Origin: Eledone cirrhosa
Taxonomy: Eukaryota
DNA: 64,000 nucleotides
Direction: 5' to 3'
Assembly (NCBI GenBank): GCA_964016885.1
Contig: OZ024742.1
Span: forward strand, 365,552,001-365,616,000
The position numbers and the translations under genes were made by a program. Every line of letters begins with the position of its first letter. The first letter of the stretch is position 1. The notes under the pieces are model-generated. The model was given only the letters and a program-made list of their open reading frames with translations. It was not told the origin of the DNA and searched no databases. Positions 25,423-37,124 of the stretch are shown piece after piece.

Positions 25423-26161
25423 AGTTAGCTAGATTGAAAAATACTAATTAGATTAATACAGTTTGCCTGTCTCGATTTAAAATAATAAATCAATAAAAAC
25501 AAACCCATATTGGCAATAGCCGTGATACCTGGACAAATTTAAATTTCAAAATCCAAACCTGTTCCGAAGACAAATTTAAATTTCAAAACCCAAATAAGTT
25601 TCGCAACGATAATTTAAAAAAGTGAAAAATGCCAATTCCTGTGGTCATCAACAGGTATCCAGAAATTAGCATGTTTCACCTCGAAATATTTTTGAAGGAC
25701 TGGTAATCAAATGCTAACGCACGTGGTTTCCCAGCTCCTAGCTAGCCCCATACTCATGCTGCTAGAAATAACAGCCTTCTATATGGGATTAAAATTTAGC
25801 TCAACAACAGGAGCCGTTAAATATTATATTTAGAGTTATAAACTCAAACAGTCTTTTACAATTAATTAGCTCAAAGAAAGAAGCATTTCTGAGCCGTGAA
25901 ATACAAGTTAATATAAATTAATATATGATAAACACCAATATGAACATATAAGTGTTTGCATTGTAAACGACCAAATTAGCTAGATTGAAAAATACTAACT
26001 AGATTAATACAGTTTGCCTGTCTCGATTTAAAATAATAAATCAATAAAAACAAACCCATATTGGCAATAGCTGTGATACCTAGACAAATTTAAATTTCAA
26101 AATCCAAACCTGTTCCGCAGACAAATTTAAATTTCAAAACCCAAATAAGTTTCGTAACGAT
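25423..26161 (-). mobile_element. Family L element, unit of about 550 nt (1.3 copies)
   Basis: About 25426-25610 repeated at about 25976-26160; diverged homolog at 32415-33165. Confidence 0.85.
25524..25659 (-). ncRNA. Atypical hammerhead with 30-bp stem III (family L1)
   Basis: GATACCTG-TTGATGA-...-GAAA-long G-U-rich hairpin capped by C(TTCG)G-TC-CAGGTATC. Confidence 0.7.
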
Positions 26162-26479
26162 CTGACCTCTAATATTTGTAATGTAACCTATATAAACCTT
26201 ATCAATTTATTTATTTATATTTTTTTAGCCGTTATTCACAGTTGTTTTTCATTTTTGACAGCGTTTCCCGATCAAAAATCTCTCTCTCTCCTTTCTTTTT
26301 CTCTCTCCTCCTTCCTTCTTAATTTTTTCCTCCGTTATTTTTTCTTTCTCTTTTATGTTTTTTCCTTTTCCCTCTTCCTTCTTTTTTTCCAATCTTCTCT
26401 CTCCTTTTATATTTTTTGTATGTTGACTGGATACTTTCTTGTTCACAAGTGTTTTAAGGCATCATATCACGTCACTTTA

Positions 26480-26547
26480 TTTTATCTGATGAGAACGCAA
26501 TTATCGTCCCAGGATGATATTTTATATTTGAAATGCGCATAATAAAA
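26480..26547 (+). ncRNA. Type I hammerhead (family M-related)
   Basis: TTTTAT-CTGATGA-...TATCGTC..GATGATA...-GAAA-TGCGCA-TA-ATAAAA. Confidence 0.7.
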
Positions 26548-26579
26548 CTTATGGAACTTTTTTAACCATGTTTGAATTT

Positions 26580-26623
<44 letters not shown>

Positions 26624-26628
<5 letters not shown>

Positions 26629-28167
26629 AGGGTAAACATTGATGCAATTCAATTCAAGCACTCAACGTACTTTTTCCACATAGGAGTGACGGAGTAAATA
26701 TCGAATAAGGAAAAGCTAAGTAGTTTCAGATGTTCAAGTTCTTTAATAATAATGCTGTGATATATATTTCAATGGCGACACTGGCCACACTGTTCTGTGC
26801 GCGAGTGTCGTGACATCATCAGACAGCTTATTACATAAAGTACTTGAACATCTGAAACTACTTCGCTTTTCCTTATTCGATATTTACTCCGTCACTCCTA
26901 TGTGGAAAAAGTACGTTGAGTGCTTGAATTGAATTGCATCAATGTTTACCCTAATAATTTAGCTCCAATTAGTTGAGCGCTCTATGATGTAACCGATATG
27001 GTGGAGAAGAGAGGAACAAACAATGAGCTGCCCCGGAAATTCCCTCTACCATGGGGATGGAAACCCCTGAAACTGGACGGACATAATAGTAACTTTCGGC
27101 AGGATAAATACGCGGAAACAAAAAATAAGATAAACCCCTATTTCCCTGCACCAAATCGCATTTGAACAGAAGCCCCCTCAATTCAATCTATACATTGACA
27201 GATTGACAATCGTATGGATCATTTTGCATATATGTACTCTGTGTTTTTGCATTTATTCATTATTGGTTCTTTTCTTTTATGTCTGTTTTTCTTTGGTATT
27301 GTTCCATGTGATGGAAATTATGACTGTGTACCAGATTGACTAATGCCTTGAATACTGTAGTTTACCCTCCGTTCTAATGTACGGCACTGTCGTTCAATAT
27401 GTGGATAGAGTAACTGTGACACTAGAACCCCTCTCAGAACTTCTTACTTAAACATCTCTCTCCATATTATTTACTCACTTCAATCTATATTTTTTAACTC
27501 ACCTCAATCCGAATTCTCACTTTAAAAAATTTTTAACTTTTAATTTCTAATTGTTAATTTTTTAATTGTTTAATTTATAATTTCTGATACTTGATTTAGG
27601 ACTTTAATTTTTGTTTCCAACTCTCACTCTTAACTTACAATGTAAAACCATGATACCTAGAATTAAGTTTATTTTCCCTTTGAGTTGATGGTCAGTCGTA
27701 CTGTCCACGTTAGGTGAGAGGTAGTATTATGACCTGTAAAAACCAACACTCTCCCATCCCCTCTGGATTTCGGCTGACTGCCACAGTCGGGATGGGTAGC
27801 AGTAAACTATGGTACGAGCCATTGTGTGGCTGAGAGGGTGAACTGACTAACCGAATTTCGTTGAAATCTGCGGTAGCTAATGGTCAACTTCCTTCGGACA
27901 TGCGCATGCGCAGACCGGTGGGGGTGAATTGGTACTCACAGGGGAACGGGTGAGAAACCCAAAAGCACGCATTTCATCCGTTCCCATGTCGACTCAATTT
28001 GGATTGCCTCGGAAACATAACCTTATTATGTAACAAGCTGTCTGATGATGTCACGACACTCGCGCACAGAACAGTGTGGCCAGTGTCGTCACTGAAATAT
28101 ATATCACAGCATTATTATTAAAGGACTTGAACATCTGAAACTACTTCGCTTTTCCTTATTCTATATA
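26624..28167 (+). mobile_element. Family K non-coding element, unit of about 1.28 kb plus inverted arm
   Basis: 26624-26740 inverted versus 26842-26958; 26740-26838 inverted versus about 28026-28125; ACTTGAACATCTGAAAC at 26842 and 28125. Confidence 0.85.
28037..28110 (+). ncRNA. Type I hammerhead (family K)
   Basis: GCTGT-CTGATGA-TGT-C-ACGACACT...AGTGTCGT-C-ACT-GAAA-TATATA-TC-ACAGC; mirror 26754-26827 (-). Confidence 0.85.
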
Positions 28168-28469
28168 TAGCATGGCCTCAGCCGGATGGCTGAAACAGGT
28201 AAAAGAGTAAAAGAGTATATATATAGGAAAATTATACTGCAAAAATATATAAAAGTGTCAATATTTGAATAAATGTTTTATATCTATAATTATTGTTAAC
28301 ATTAAACTTTATCGGTTTAAAATTATAAAGGGTCCGGGTGGCCGGAGCTTGTATGGCGGATGTAGGGTGTACGTAGACCCCGACGAATTGGTCATTTCAA
28401 CCTGAAAGAGCCATCCTTATTCATGTGTGAACGGTACCGATTTCTTTCACAGTAGGCGATAGAAGGGAC

Positions 28470-28532
<63 letters not shown>

Positions 28533-28539
<7 letters not shown>

Positions 28540-29341
28540 AGATCAAAAGATGGTTAAAGGAGTTCCATGTATTTTATTATGCGCATTTCAAAAACAAACA
28601 TCATCATGCAATAATATTTGTGTTTTCATCAGATAAAACAGGAGAACATGATATGAAGGCTAAAAAACACTTGTGGATAGTGCAGTTTTAAATCAACATA
28701 TGAAAAGTGGTTTTAGATTGATGTGTGATATTGGGAAAAATATTTTATTTAGAGAGGGGGGGGGGGGATGAAAAAGGGGAGGAGATGAGAGGGAGAGATG
28801 GGTGATAGAGATAGTTTTTATAACTGAGAGAAGATATATTGTTTTACATAGAGAGGTTGAAAACCGTTGGAAGGTAATGTATAAATTAAAAGAATTTGAA
28901 AATTAACGAAGGGAAGATATGTACGAGGAAAAAATATTTTATTTAGGGAGGGAGGGGGTGGAAAGGATGAAAAAAGGGGGAGGAGATGAGAGTGAAGGTG
29001 GAGAGGGAGAGATGGGTGATAGAGAGAAAGAGATAGTTTTTATAACTGAGAAAAGATATATTGTTTTACATAGAGAGGTTGAGAACCGTTGGAAGATAAT
29101 GTATAAATTAAAAGAATTTGAAAATTAACGAAGGGAATTTATGTATGAAGATAGAGAGAAAAAATAATAATTGTGGATGAATATTCTAACGTCAAAAAAA
29201 GTGTATGTTGATAAGTATTGTGGCAATTTCAAAATTAACGAAGAGAAAAAATTATTAAGGTTTGTGTGTAGAAGGATTTGAGAAAAATAATGTGAAGTTA
29301 AAGTTTGTATATTGAAGGAATTGATAATATGTGCGAATAAA

Positions 29342-29345
<4 letters not shown>
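28533..29345 (-). mobile_element. Family M copy with HHR (28572-28638) and an internal duplication of about 200 bp
   Basis: 28533-28700 near-identical to 52311-52465; GA-rich block about 28735-28915 repeated at about 28930-29135. Confidence 0.75.
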
Positions 29346-29421
<76 letters not shown>

Positions 29422-29560
29422 TTAGGTTTGTTGGTTCACCACTGGATAGAACTGGTCATTCCGTATTGTCAATCCTGGTGTAGTATTGTGAAGAGTACTC
29501 AACGCAGTACAGTTCACCCGCCTTCGTTTGTGTAGTTGGTGGTGCGAATACGGAGTTAAT

Positions 29561-29894
29561 TATAAATGAAATAACAGGAGGCTGAACTGGTGTAAATCCT
29601 TGAAAGGTTTATTATACTATGATCATTTCAATGACCGGGTTCCATATGAATCCGGTGATATCATCAGGTATTTTAATATAACAAAGGAATATGTAAAAAG
29701 CCATGGGTCCGAAAATTCAGCCGCCCTCTCTGTCTCTGATTTTTCGGACCCATGGCTTTTTACATATTCCTTTTTTATATTCCAATACCTGATGATATCA
29801 CCGGATTCATATGGAACCCGGTCATTGAAATGATCATAGTATAATAAACCTTTCAAGGATTTAAACCAGTCTAGCCTCCTGTTATTTCATTTAT
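29561..29894. mobile_element. Family N near-perfect palindrome (arms of about 155 bp)
   Basis: The two strands give nearly the same ORF (29600+ and 29623-); short central spacer. Confidence 0.9.
29785..29842 (+). ncRNA. Type I hammerhead (family N)
   Basis: ATAC-CTGATGA-TAT-C-ACCGG...CCGGT-C-ATT-GAAA-TGATCA-TA-GTAT; mirror 29614-29671 (-). Confidence 0.85.
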
Positions 29895-29965
29895 ATATAT
29901 ATATATGTGTGTGTTTGTGTGTGTATGTACATATATGTATATGTATATATATATTTATATATATG

Positions 29966-30052
<87 letters not shown>

Positions 30053-30060
<8 letters not shown>

Positions 30061-30829
30061 CGTAAAATAAGAAAATTATAAAATTAACTTACTTACTAAA
30101 ATATCACTTCCAACTAATTAGTTTCTGGAATGGAGTAAATATATTTTCCGAAGAAGATATAGAGAATATAATTTTCTTGTTTTACGTCTCTCATATTATT
30201 GTTCTGCAACCCCATGCATTGAACCACAATGTTACTAAGACAAAACCTATATATTTGATAGCATTGATATGCATCTGTATGTATATATATGTTACTAGAT
30301 ATTAATTCTTTATAATTATCTCCAAATTATTTGTCGAGCAATATTGGCCATGACTGCTGCTATGGTAGCAGGCAGGCCGCTGTCTTATTAGCAAACCACT
30401 TTCCACTGATTGACCTCGATGTTACGTGATTGATTCTTTTTGAATTCGCCACCGACGCAGAGGCAGTGATTTTCTCAATGGCTAGGAATTCAGTCCACGC
30501 TTTGCTATTTCCTATCCACTGAATTATTTTTTAATAAGTTTCCAGAGTCCTCGCTTTGCCTGGAAACTTAGCTGAGAATAGACTTCCCTGACGACGGAAT
30601 GTTTCTCTATATCTTCTTCGGAAAATATATTTACTCCATTCCAGAAACTAATTAGTTGGAAGTGATATTTTAGTAAGTAAGTTAATTTTATAATTTTCTT
30701 ATTTTACGTCTCTCATATTATTGTTCTGCAACCCCATGCATTGAACCACAATGTTACTAAGACAAAACCTATATATTTGCTAGCATTGATATGCATCTGT
30801 ATGTATATATATGTTACTAGATATTAATT

Positions 30830-30833
<4 letters not shown>
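30053..30833 (+). mobile_element. Family G second copy (522-nt unit, HHR 30582-30663)
   Basis: Inverted arm 30053-30166; TACGTCTCTCATATT at 30183 and 30705; ACTTCC-CTGACGA...GAAA-CTAATTAG-TT-GGAAGT. Confidence 0.9.
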
Positions 30834-30885
<52 letters not shown>

Positions 30886-30889
<4 letters not shown>

Positions 30890-31453
30890 ATTAGAATTGG
30901 CGCTCTGAAATAGCTATATATATATATGAATGTATATATAGTGTACTTTGCAATACACTGTATGCTTAATTAAAAGCATTTCGAAGACCTAATGCTATTG
31001 TTTTAGAATAGTGACAGTCCAACTTACTTTAAATTTTCAGCAAACTGAAAATTTAAAGTAAGTGAGACTGTCACTACTCTAAAACAATAGCATAAGGTCT
31101 TCGAAATGCACTATATATAGACTATATATACATTCATATATATATAGCTATTTCAGAGCACAACTTCTAATTTTCAATTTCTGCTTGACCGGCAACCACT
31201 CTGTATAATCAGTCCCTGATTATTACTAGAAATTCTATAAGAATCAAACATTCATGATTTTCAGCAAACAGGTGGAGTACTTGGCTTTGAGAAGTACCAA
31301 TCAGTACGAAACAGAGCTTTGTCAGCTTTATCTTCCCTGTTTGCTGAAAATGTAAAATAAGTGAGTCTGTCACTACTCTAAAACAATAGCATAAGGTCTT
31401 CGAAATGCTTTTAATTAAGCGTACAGTGTATTGCAAAATACACTATATATACA

Positions 31454-31460
<7 letters not shown>
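30886..31460 (+). mobile_element. Family O retrozyme-like element (unit of about 300-320 nt) with fold-back
   Basis: Hairpin centred near 31042; direct repeat about 31045-31110 and 31345-31410; homolog 47958-48378 (-). Confidence 0.85.
31283..31327 (+). ncRNA. Hammerhead, U3-A8 core variant (family O)
   Basis: GGCT-TTGAGAA-GTAC(CAATCA)GTAC-GAAA-CAGAGCTTTG-TC-AGCT. Confidence 0.75.
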
Positions 31461-31529
<69 letters not shown>

Positions 31530-31602
31530 TATAAATATATCCGGATTACATTGAGTTCTTCATACGGATTGGACACTACCGTAAACTCTTGGTAGATTTA
31601 TC

Positions 31603-31725
<123 letters not shown>

Positions 31726-31763
31726 TCATATATATATACATATATATGTATATATATACATTC

Positions 31764-31834
<71 letters not shown>

Positions 31835-31879
31835 CATTCATATATATATATATACATATATATGTATATATATACATTC

Positions 31880-31930
<51 letters not shown>

Positions 31931-31942
31931 TATATATATATA

Positions 31943-32006
<64 letters not shown>

Positions 32007-32017
32007 CATATATATAT

Positions 32018-32331
32018 ACTTGGGGAGGGTCATATTTGTGTAATATTGCCAGAATTAATAACAGAACACACTCACCGTTTGGTTGGTTTTCGCTTCTCGC
32101 TTCTGTGTCTTTTATATCGGTAATCTAACTTACTCGGTCCTCAATGTTGCCATTGACTGACCGACGGTTAAAAATAATACAGATACTATATAGACACAAA
32201 CACATATATATAGTTTATCTTAAATCTTTCGTTGCACATCTGCAACATCGTCAGTGGTGCTATCTTTTCCTCCTGTTGTATTGTATGTCTACGCCATTTT
32301 ATACTGTATATTTTATACTACGCCATATATA

Positions 32332-32335
<4 letters not shown>
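32018..32335 (-). mobile_element. Family C second copy
   Basis: High identity to 4483-4760; embedded in (TA)n. Confidence 0.85.
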
Positions 32336-32414
<79 letters not shown>

Positions 32415-32417
<3 letters not shown>

Positions 32418-33165
32418 TAAAATATATGATAAACACAAAACATGTTTGCATTGCAACAGACAAAGTTAGCTATTAATGAAATAAACTAATTAAAGTGAAT
32501 ACAATTTGTCTGTCTCGATATAAGTCAATAAAGACAAGCTTATATTGGCAACGGCCATGATTCCTGGACAGATTTAAATTTCAAAATCCAAACCTGTTCC
32601 GTAGACAAATTTGAACCTCGAAACCTAAATCCGTTTCGGTGGTATGTGAATTGAAAAATAAAGAGAATCGAAATGGAATTGAAATAAAAAGTGAAATATC
32701 CAAATCTACTGTGCTTATCAACAGGAATCCAGTAAAATTAGTACATCTCACATCAAAAATTCTGCAGGTCTGACTACACGTGTGTAGCCAGGCCAAACTA
32801 GCCGTTCCGCATTCCCGGTGCTAGAAATAACAGCCGTTTATGCGGGATTAAAGATCAGCTCTACAGTTAAGGAGCAATATACTATATTATATTTTGAGAA
32901 TAAACCCTCAGTCGTTTACAATAATAAAGCTCCAAGAAAAGGGGCATTTCCGAGCAGTTAAATACATTAAAATATATGATAAACACAAAACGTGTTTGCA
33001 TTGCAACAGACAAAGTTAGCAATTAATGAAATAAACTAATTAAAGTGAATACAATTTGTCTGTCTCGATATATTTTAATGTATTTAACTGCTCGGAAATG
33101 CCCCTTTTCTTGGAGCTTTATTATTGTAAACGACTGAGAGTTTATTCTCAAAATATAATATAGTA
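32415..33165 (-). mobile_element. Family L second copy (550-nt unit plus inverted arm; HHR 32559-32729)
   Basis: ACATTAAAATATATG at about 32415 and 32964; 33070-33165 inverted versus about 32878-32975; GATTCCTG-TTGATAA...GAAA-30-bp stem C(TACG)G-TC-CAGGAATC. Confidence 0.85.
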
Positions 33166-33189
33166 TATATATATATATGTATATATATA

Positions 33190-33267
<78 letters not shown>

Positions 33268-33280
33268 ACATATATATATA

Positions 33281-33450
33281 ACAAAGGTGTGGTAAGATAC
33301 CAGGTGGATCATAACGCACCTGAGTAATCGATACTTAGGGTAGTAGAGTGGGTAATAGAGAAAAGAGTCAGGACCCCAACCGCTGAGCTCTGGCTTAATT
33401 CAGAACTAGCTGTCGAAAGGGCCGGAGCTCAGTGGTCGGGGTCCTGGCAT
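33281..33450 (-). mobile_element. Family A fold-back copy
   Basis: Family A tail reversed, plus hairpin CAGGACCCC...GGGGTCCTG. Confidence 0.75.
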
Positions 33451-33584
33451 GTTAGTTTAACGATCAGGATATTCCGTTGTTTTACAAACTGGAACCCTCA
33501 TCAATGCAACTGACGGAGGACCATATGATTTCATTTAGAATCTTAAATCTTTGGCTTCATATATCATTATAATTAATGGTTTAT

Positions 33585-33995
33585 AATTTAGGCACAAGGC
33601 CAACAATTTTTGGAGTAGAGGAAAGTTTATTAAAACGACCCAGTGCATTACTGTTACTTTATTCTATCGACCCTCTAATGATGAAAGGCAAAGCTAACCT
33701 CTGTGAGATTTGAAATAAGAACACAAACGGCTGTAACTAAGCTGCGAAGCTCGGTGTCCGACGCTTTACAGATACTGCCAATCCAATACCGTTATAATTA
33801 ATTGTTTCTACTTTAGGCACAAGGCCAGCAATTACCCAGTGCATTACTGGTACTTTTATTTTATCGACCCCGTAAGGATGAAAGGCAAAGTCAACCACGG
33901 CGGGATTTGAACTCAGATCGTAAAGGGACGTAACTATGCTGGAAAGCATGGCGTCCGAACCTCTACCGATACTGCCAATCCAATACCGTTATAAT
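33585..33995 (-). mobile_element. Two tandem tRNA-SINE copies
   Basis: GGATGAAAGGCAAAGTCAACCACGGCGGGATTTGAACTCAG and a diverged upstream partner. Confidence 0.8.
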
Positions 33996-34637
33996 TAATG
34001 GAACCTGAACAGCTTTCCTGTTTTACTGGTTCCAGCCACTTCACAATTAATATTACATTTTAATATTTATTATTTTAGTGATGTCTGCTTTTGTTGATCT
34101 GAGACCTTGCCGGGGCAAGATATTCAAGGGTTTTGTGTTGATCACATCGACCGCAGTACGTGTTTCTTTTTAAATATATATTTACCATTTACTATTTCTG
34201 ATTTATAATAGTTCAAGTGGTTAAAATTATCTTTTCAAGACATAATCTGTTGTTTGAACTGGTAGTGTTTTGTCCAACATATAAGATGAAAATCAGAAAC
34301 ATAAATAAATCAAAAATACACTCATTGGTGTCGTACTAAATCCATTAGTATTTCAAAACCTTCATCATCATATCTACCGAATAAAAGGTTAGCAGTCACA
34401 TGTTGTATTGTTGTTTTTTTGTTGTAACAACGAACCAAGGAAATGGAGAAAACGAAGAGTTCTTAAAATGATAATGAACTTAGGACGTCAATTGTTCTAA
34501 AGTAAACAAAGGATGTATTGGGAAATATAGAAAAATGGAGAAAATCTTTAGAAGGAAAGATTAAAGTGGAACAACACATCAATGTCTTCGATACAACGTG
34601 TGAAAATAAATGTTGTTCTCATTTACACACCTCTCTC

Positions 34638-35031
<394 letters not shown>

Positions 35032-35533
35032 TACACGGGTGTGCATGAGTGTGTATAGAAGATTATATTAATAAGAGGAATTCCAACTTTGTCTGATTTA
35101 ATCGTTTTATTTACAATCCTTTAAAATTTATAATGGTATTAGAATGAAATAGTATGATAGAATATTAAATTCTAAGTGTTAATTGAACAAGTACTTTCAT
35201 GCTTTCGCAATCTTCAGGTTCATAATATGTGGTGACAGTCAAGTTTGCAATTTTCAACTGTAATGAGATGGGTAAATTTTGTACATTATATACAGTGAAA
35301 AGTGGTTCTAGAATGCTAAATCTTGCAAACTGTATTTCGACCAATCGGTGTGTAGTTTCACTGAATTACTAAAGCTGATTGGTTTAAGCGTCACGGCTGG
35401 TTGAGCATGTCTAACGACCAATAATTAATCCTATCCAAAGCATCAATTGTTTTGCTATTTTTAGAAATGATGAAAATAGCATTTTCTAGTAATCATCACC
35501 ATCAACATCACTTTTATTATTATTATTATTATT

Positions 35534-35567
<34 letters not shown>

Positions 35568-35648
35568 TGTTGTTGTTGTTAGTGGTTGTAGTCGACATGG
35601 ATATAGTCATAGACATAGTCATATTAGAAGTAATACCCCTAAGCGTTA

Positions 35649-37124
35649 TTATTGTTCATTTAGCTTGGGTTTGAATTTATCAATAACATTCTTTTCTTTG
35701 ATTTTTCTCTTGATTTCACTTGGGCTGTGTAATTTGTAGAATGGGAATATTATAAATATTCCCTGACCACATGTTGCTAGATGGTTACTTAGGGGTATCT
35801 GACGGATATTTGGGTCTCTGATTTGCTTACGGTGTACCCGTGCACGTTCCGATATTGCATTTCCAGTTTGACCGACATATAGTTCTTCACAATTCGGACA
35901 TTTAATGCAGTAAATTAGATTTCTGCTTTTGCAGTTCATATTTGCATTTGGGAATAATTTTCCAGTTTTTGTTTTCATATATTGACCGGTGTTTATGGAT
36001 TGACATGTGCCACATCGACTATCATTGCATTTAGATACAGTGAATGATTGGTCTTTGTTGTTAAGGTCAAACTTTGCTTTTGTTAGTAATTGCTTCACAT
36101 TTTTTGGCTGTCTTTTACTAAGAGTCAAAGATCGATCTGTGATTAAGCCTTTTAATTCATTACTTTGAGCAATGATCGGTTGGTTTGATTTGGCAGTGTT
36201 GAAGATATTCTGGTGACATGGGTTGTGTGTCATTATAAATGGTATGACCAGTTCTTGGTTTCTTCTTCCTTGGGTTGTCCTAAGTTGTTGTATAGGTATT
36301 TTTATAGCCCGCTGTATGCCATTTTCTATAAGTAGAGATGGGTATTTTTGTTTCAGCAAAAATTCTCTTAGTTCTGTTAGGCGTTTGTACCTGGTATTCG
36401 TATCTTCTACAATGGTACACGTTCTTCTGGCCAGGCAGTATGGGATGTTGCGTTTTGTATGAGGTGGATGGTACGACTTAAAATTCAGATATTGATGGGT
36501 GTCTGTGTGTTTATAATATATATCCGTGGTAATGGTGGCGTCGCTTTTGATTATCATTATATCTAGGAATGGTAATTTGGTCCTACTCATCTCTTTTGTG
36601 AATTGGAGAGATGGGTGTAGGTTATTCAGGAGGATATTGAACTCATCCAGAGTATCTAGAGATCCTGTCCAGATGATGAAACAGTCGTCAAGGTATCTCT
36701 TCCAAGATTTTTCAATGTACTTTCTAAATTCAGTACTATATTTTTCCTCTATTTCTTGGTAGAGTTGTTGTTCTAAGTATCCCATTACAGAGTTCGCGTA
36801 AACGGGAGCAAACTTCGTTCCCATCGCTGTGCCTCTAATTTGGATGTAATTCTTTTCATTGAAGAAGAAAGTGTTGTTTTGCAGAATAAGTTTAACTGCG
36901 TCTAATATAAATGGCGCTGTGAATCTGATGGGAATCACTTCTCTATGTTTTTCCACCCAGTATTTAACCGCCTTTATTCCTAAATCATGTGTAATGTTGG
37001 TGTGAAGGCCTACCACATCAAAACTAAGTAGAAGTGAATTCGTTTCCGTGGTTTTGGGAAGATGGGACAGGAAGTCGATATCATCCCGGATGAAACTGGG
37101 TATGTGAATACATAGTGGTTTCAA
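35649..37124 (-). CDS. Open RT plus GIY-YIG portion of the Neptune-like PLE (upstream part to about 38287 disrupted)
   Basis: SFDVVGLHTNI, GTAMGTKFAP, RYLDD, YYKHTDTHQYL, CNDSRCGTC linker, LIYCIKC..YVGQTG..R; upstream QADKGGAVV at 37356-37559. Confidence 0.9.
   Translation of the reverse strand: MKPLCIHIPSFIRDDIDFLSHLPKTTETNSLLLSFDVVGLHTNITHDLGIKAVKYWVEKHREVIPIRFTAPFILDAVKLILQNNTFFFNEKNYIQIRGTAMGTKFAPVYANSVMGYLEQQLYQEIEEKYSTEFRKYIEKSWKRYLDDCFIIWTGSLDTLDEFNILLNNLHPSLQFTKEMSRTKLPFLDIMIIKSDATITTDIYYKHTDTHQYLNFKSYHPPHTKRNIPYCLARRTCTIVEDTNTRYKRLTELREFLLKQKYPSLLIENGIQRAIKIPIQQLRTTQGRRNQELVIPFIMTHNPCHQNIFNTAKSNQPIIAQSNELKGLITDRSLTLSKRQPKNVKQLLTKAKFDLNNKDQSFTVSKCNDSRCGTCQSINTGQYMKTKTGKLFPNANMNCKSRNLIYCIKCPNCEELYVGQTGNAISERARVHRKQIRDPNIRQIPLSNHLATCGQGIFIIFPFYKLHSPSEIKRKIKEKNVIDKFKPKLNEQ

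Noticed and set aside
25759-25776. GCTAGAAATA resembling the Cas9 sgRNA tetraloop
   Set aside because: Short coincidental match inside a family L hairpin; no other scaffold sequence
29600-29856. Two near-identical antiparallel 77-aa ORFs
   Set aside because: Artefact of the family N palindrome
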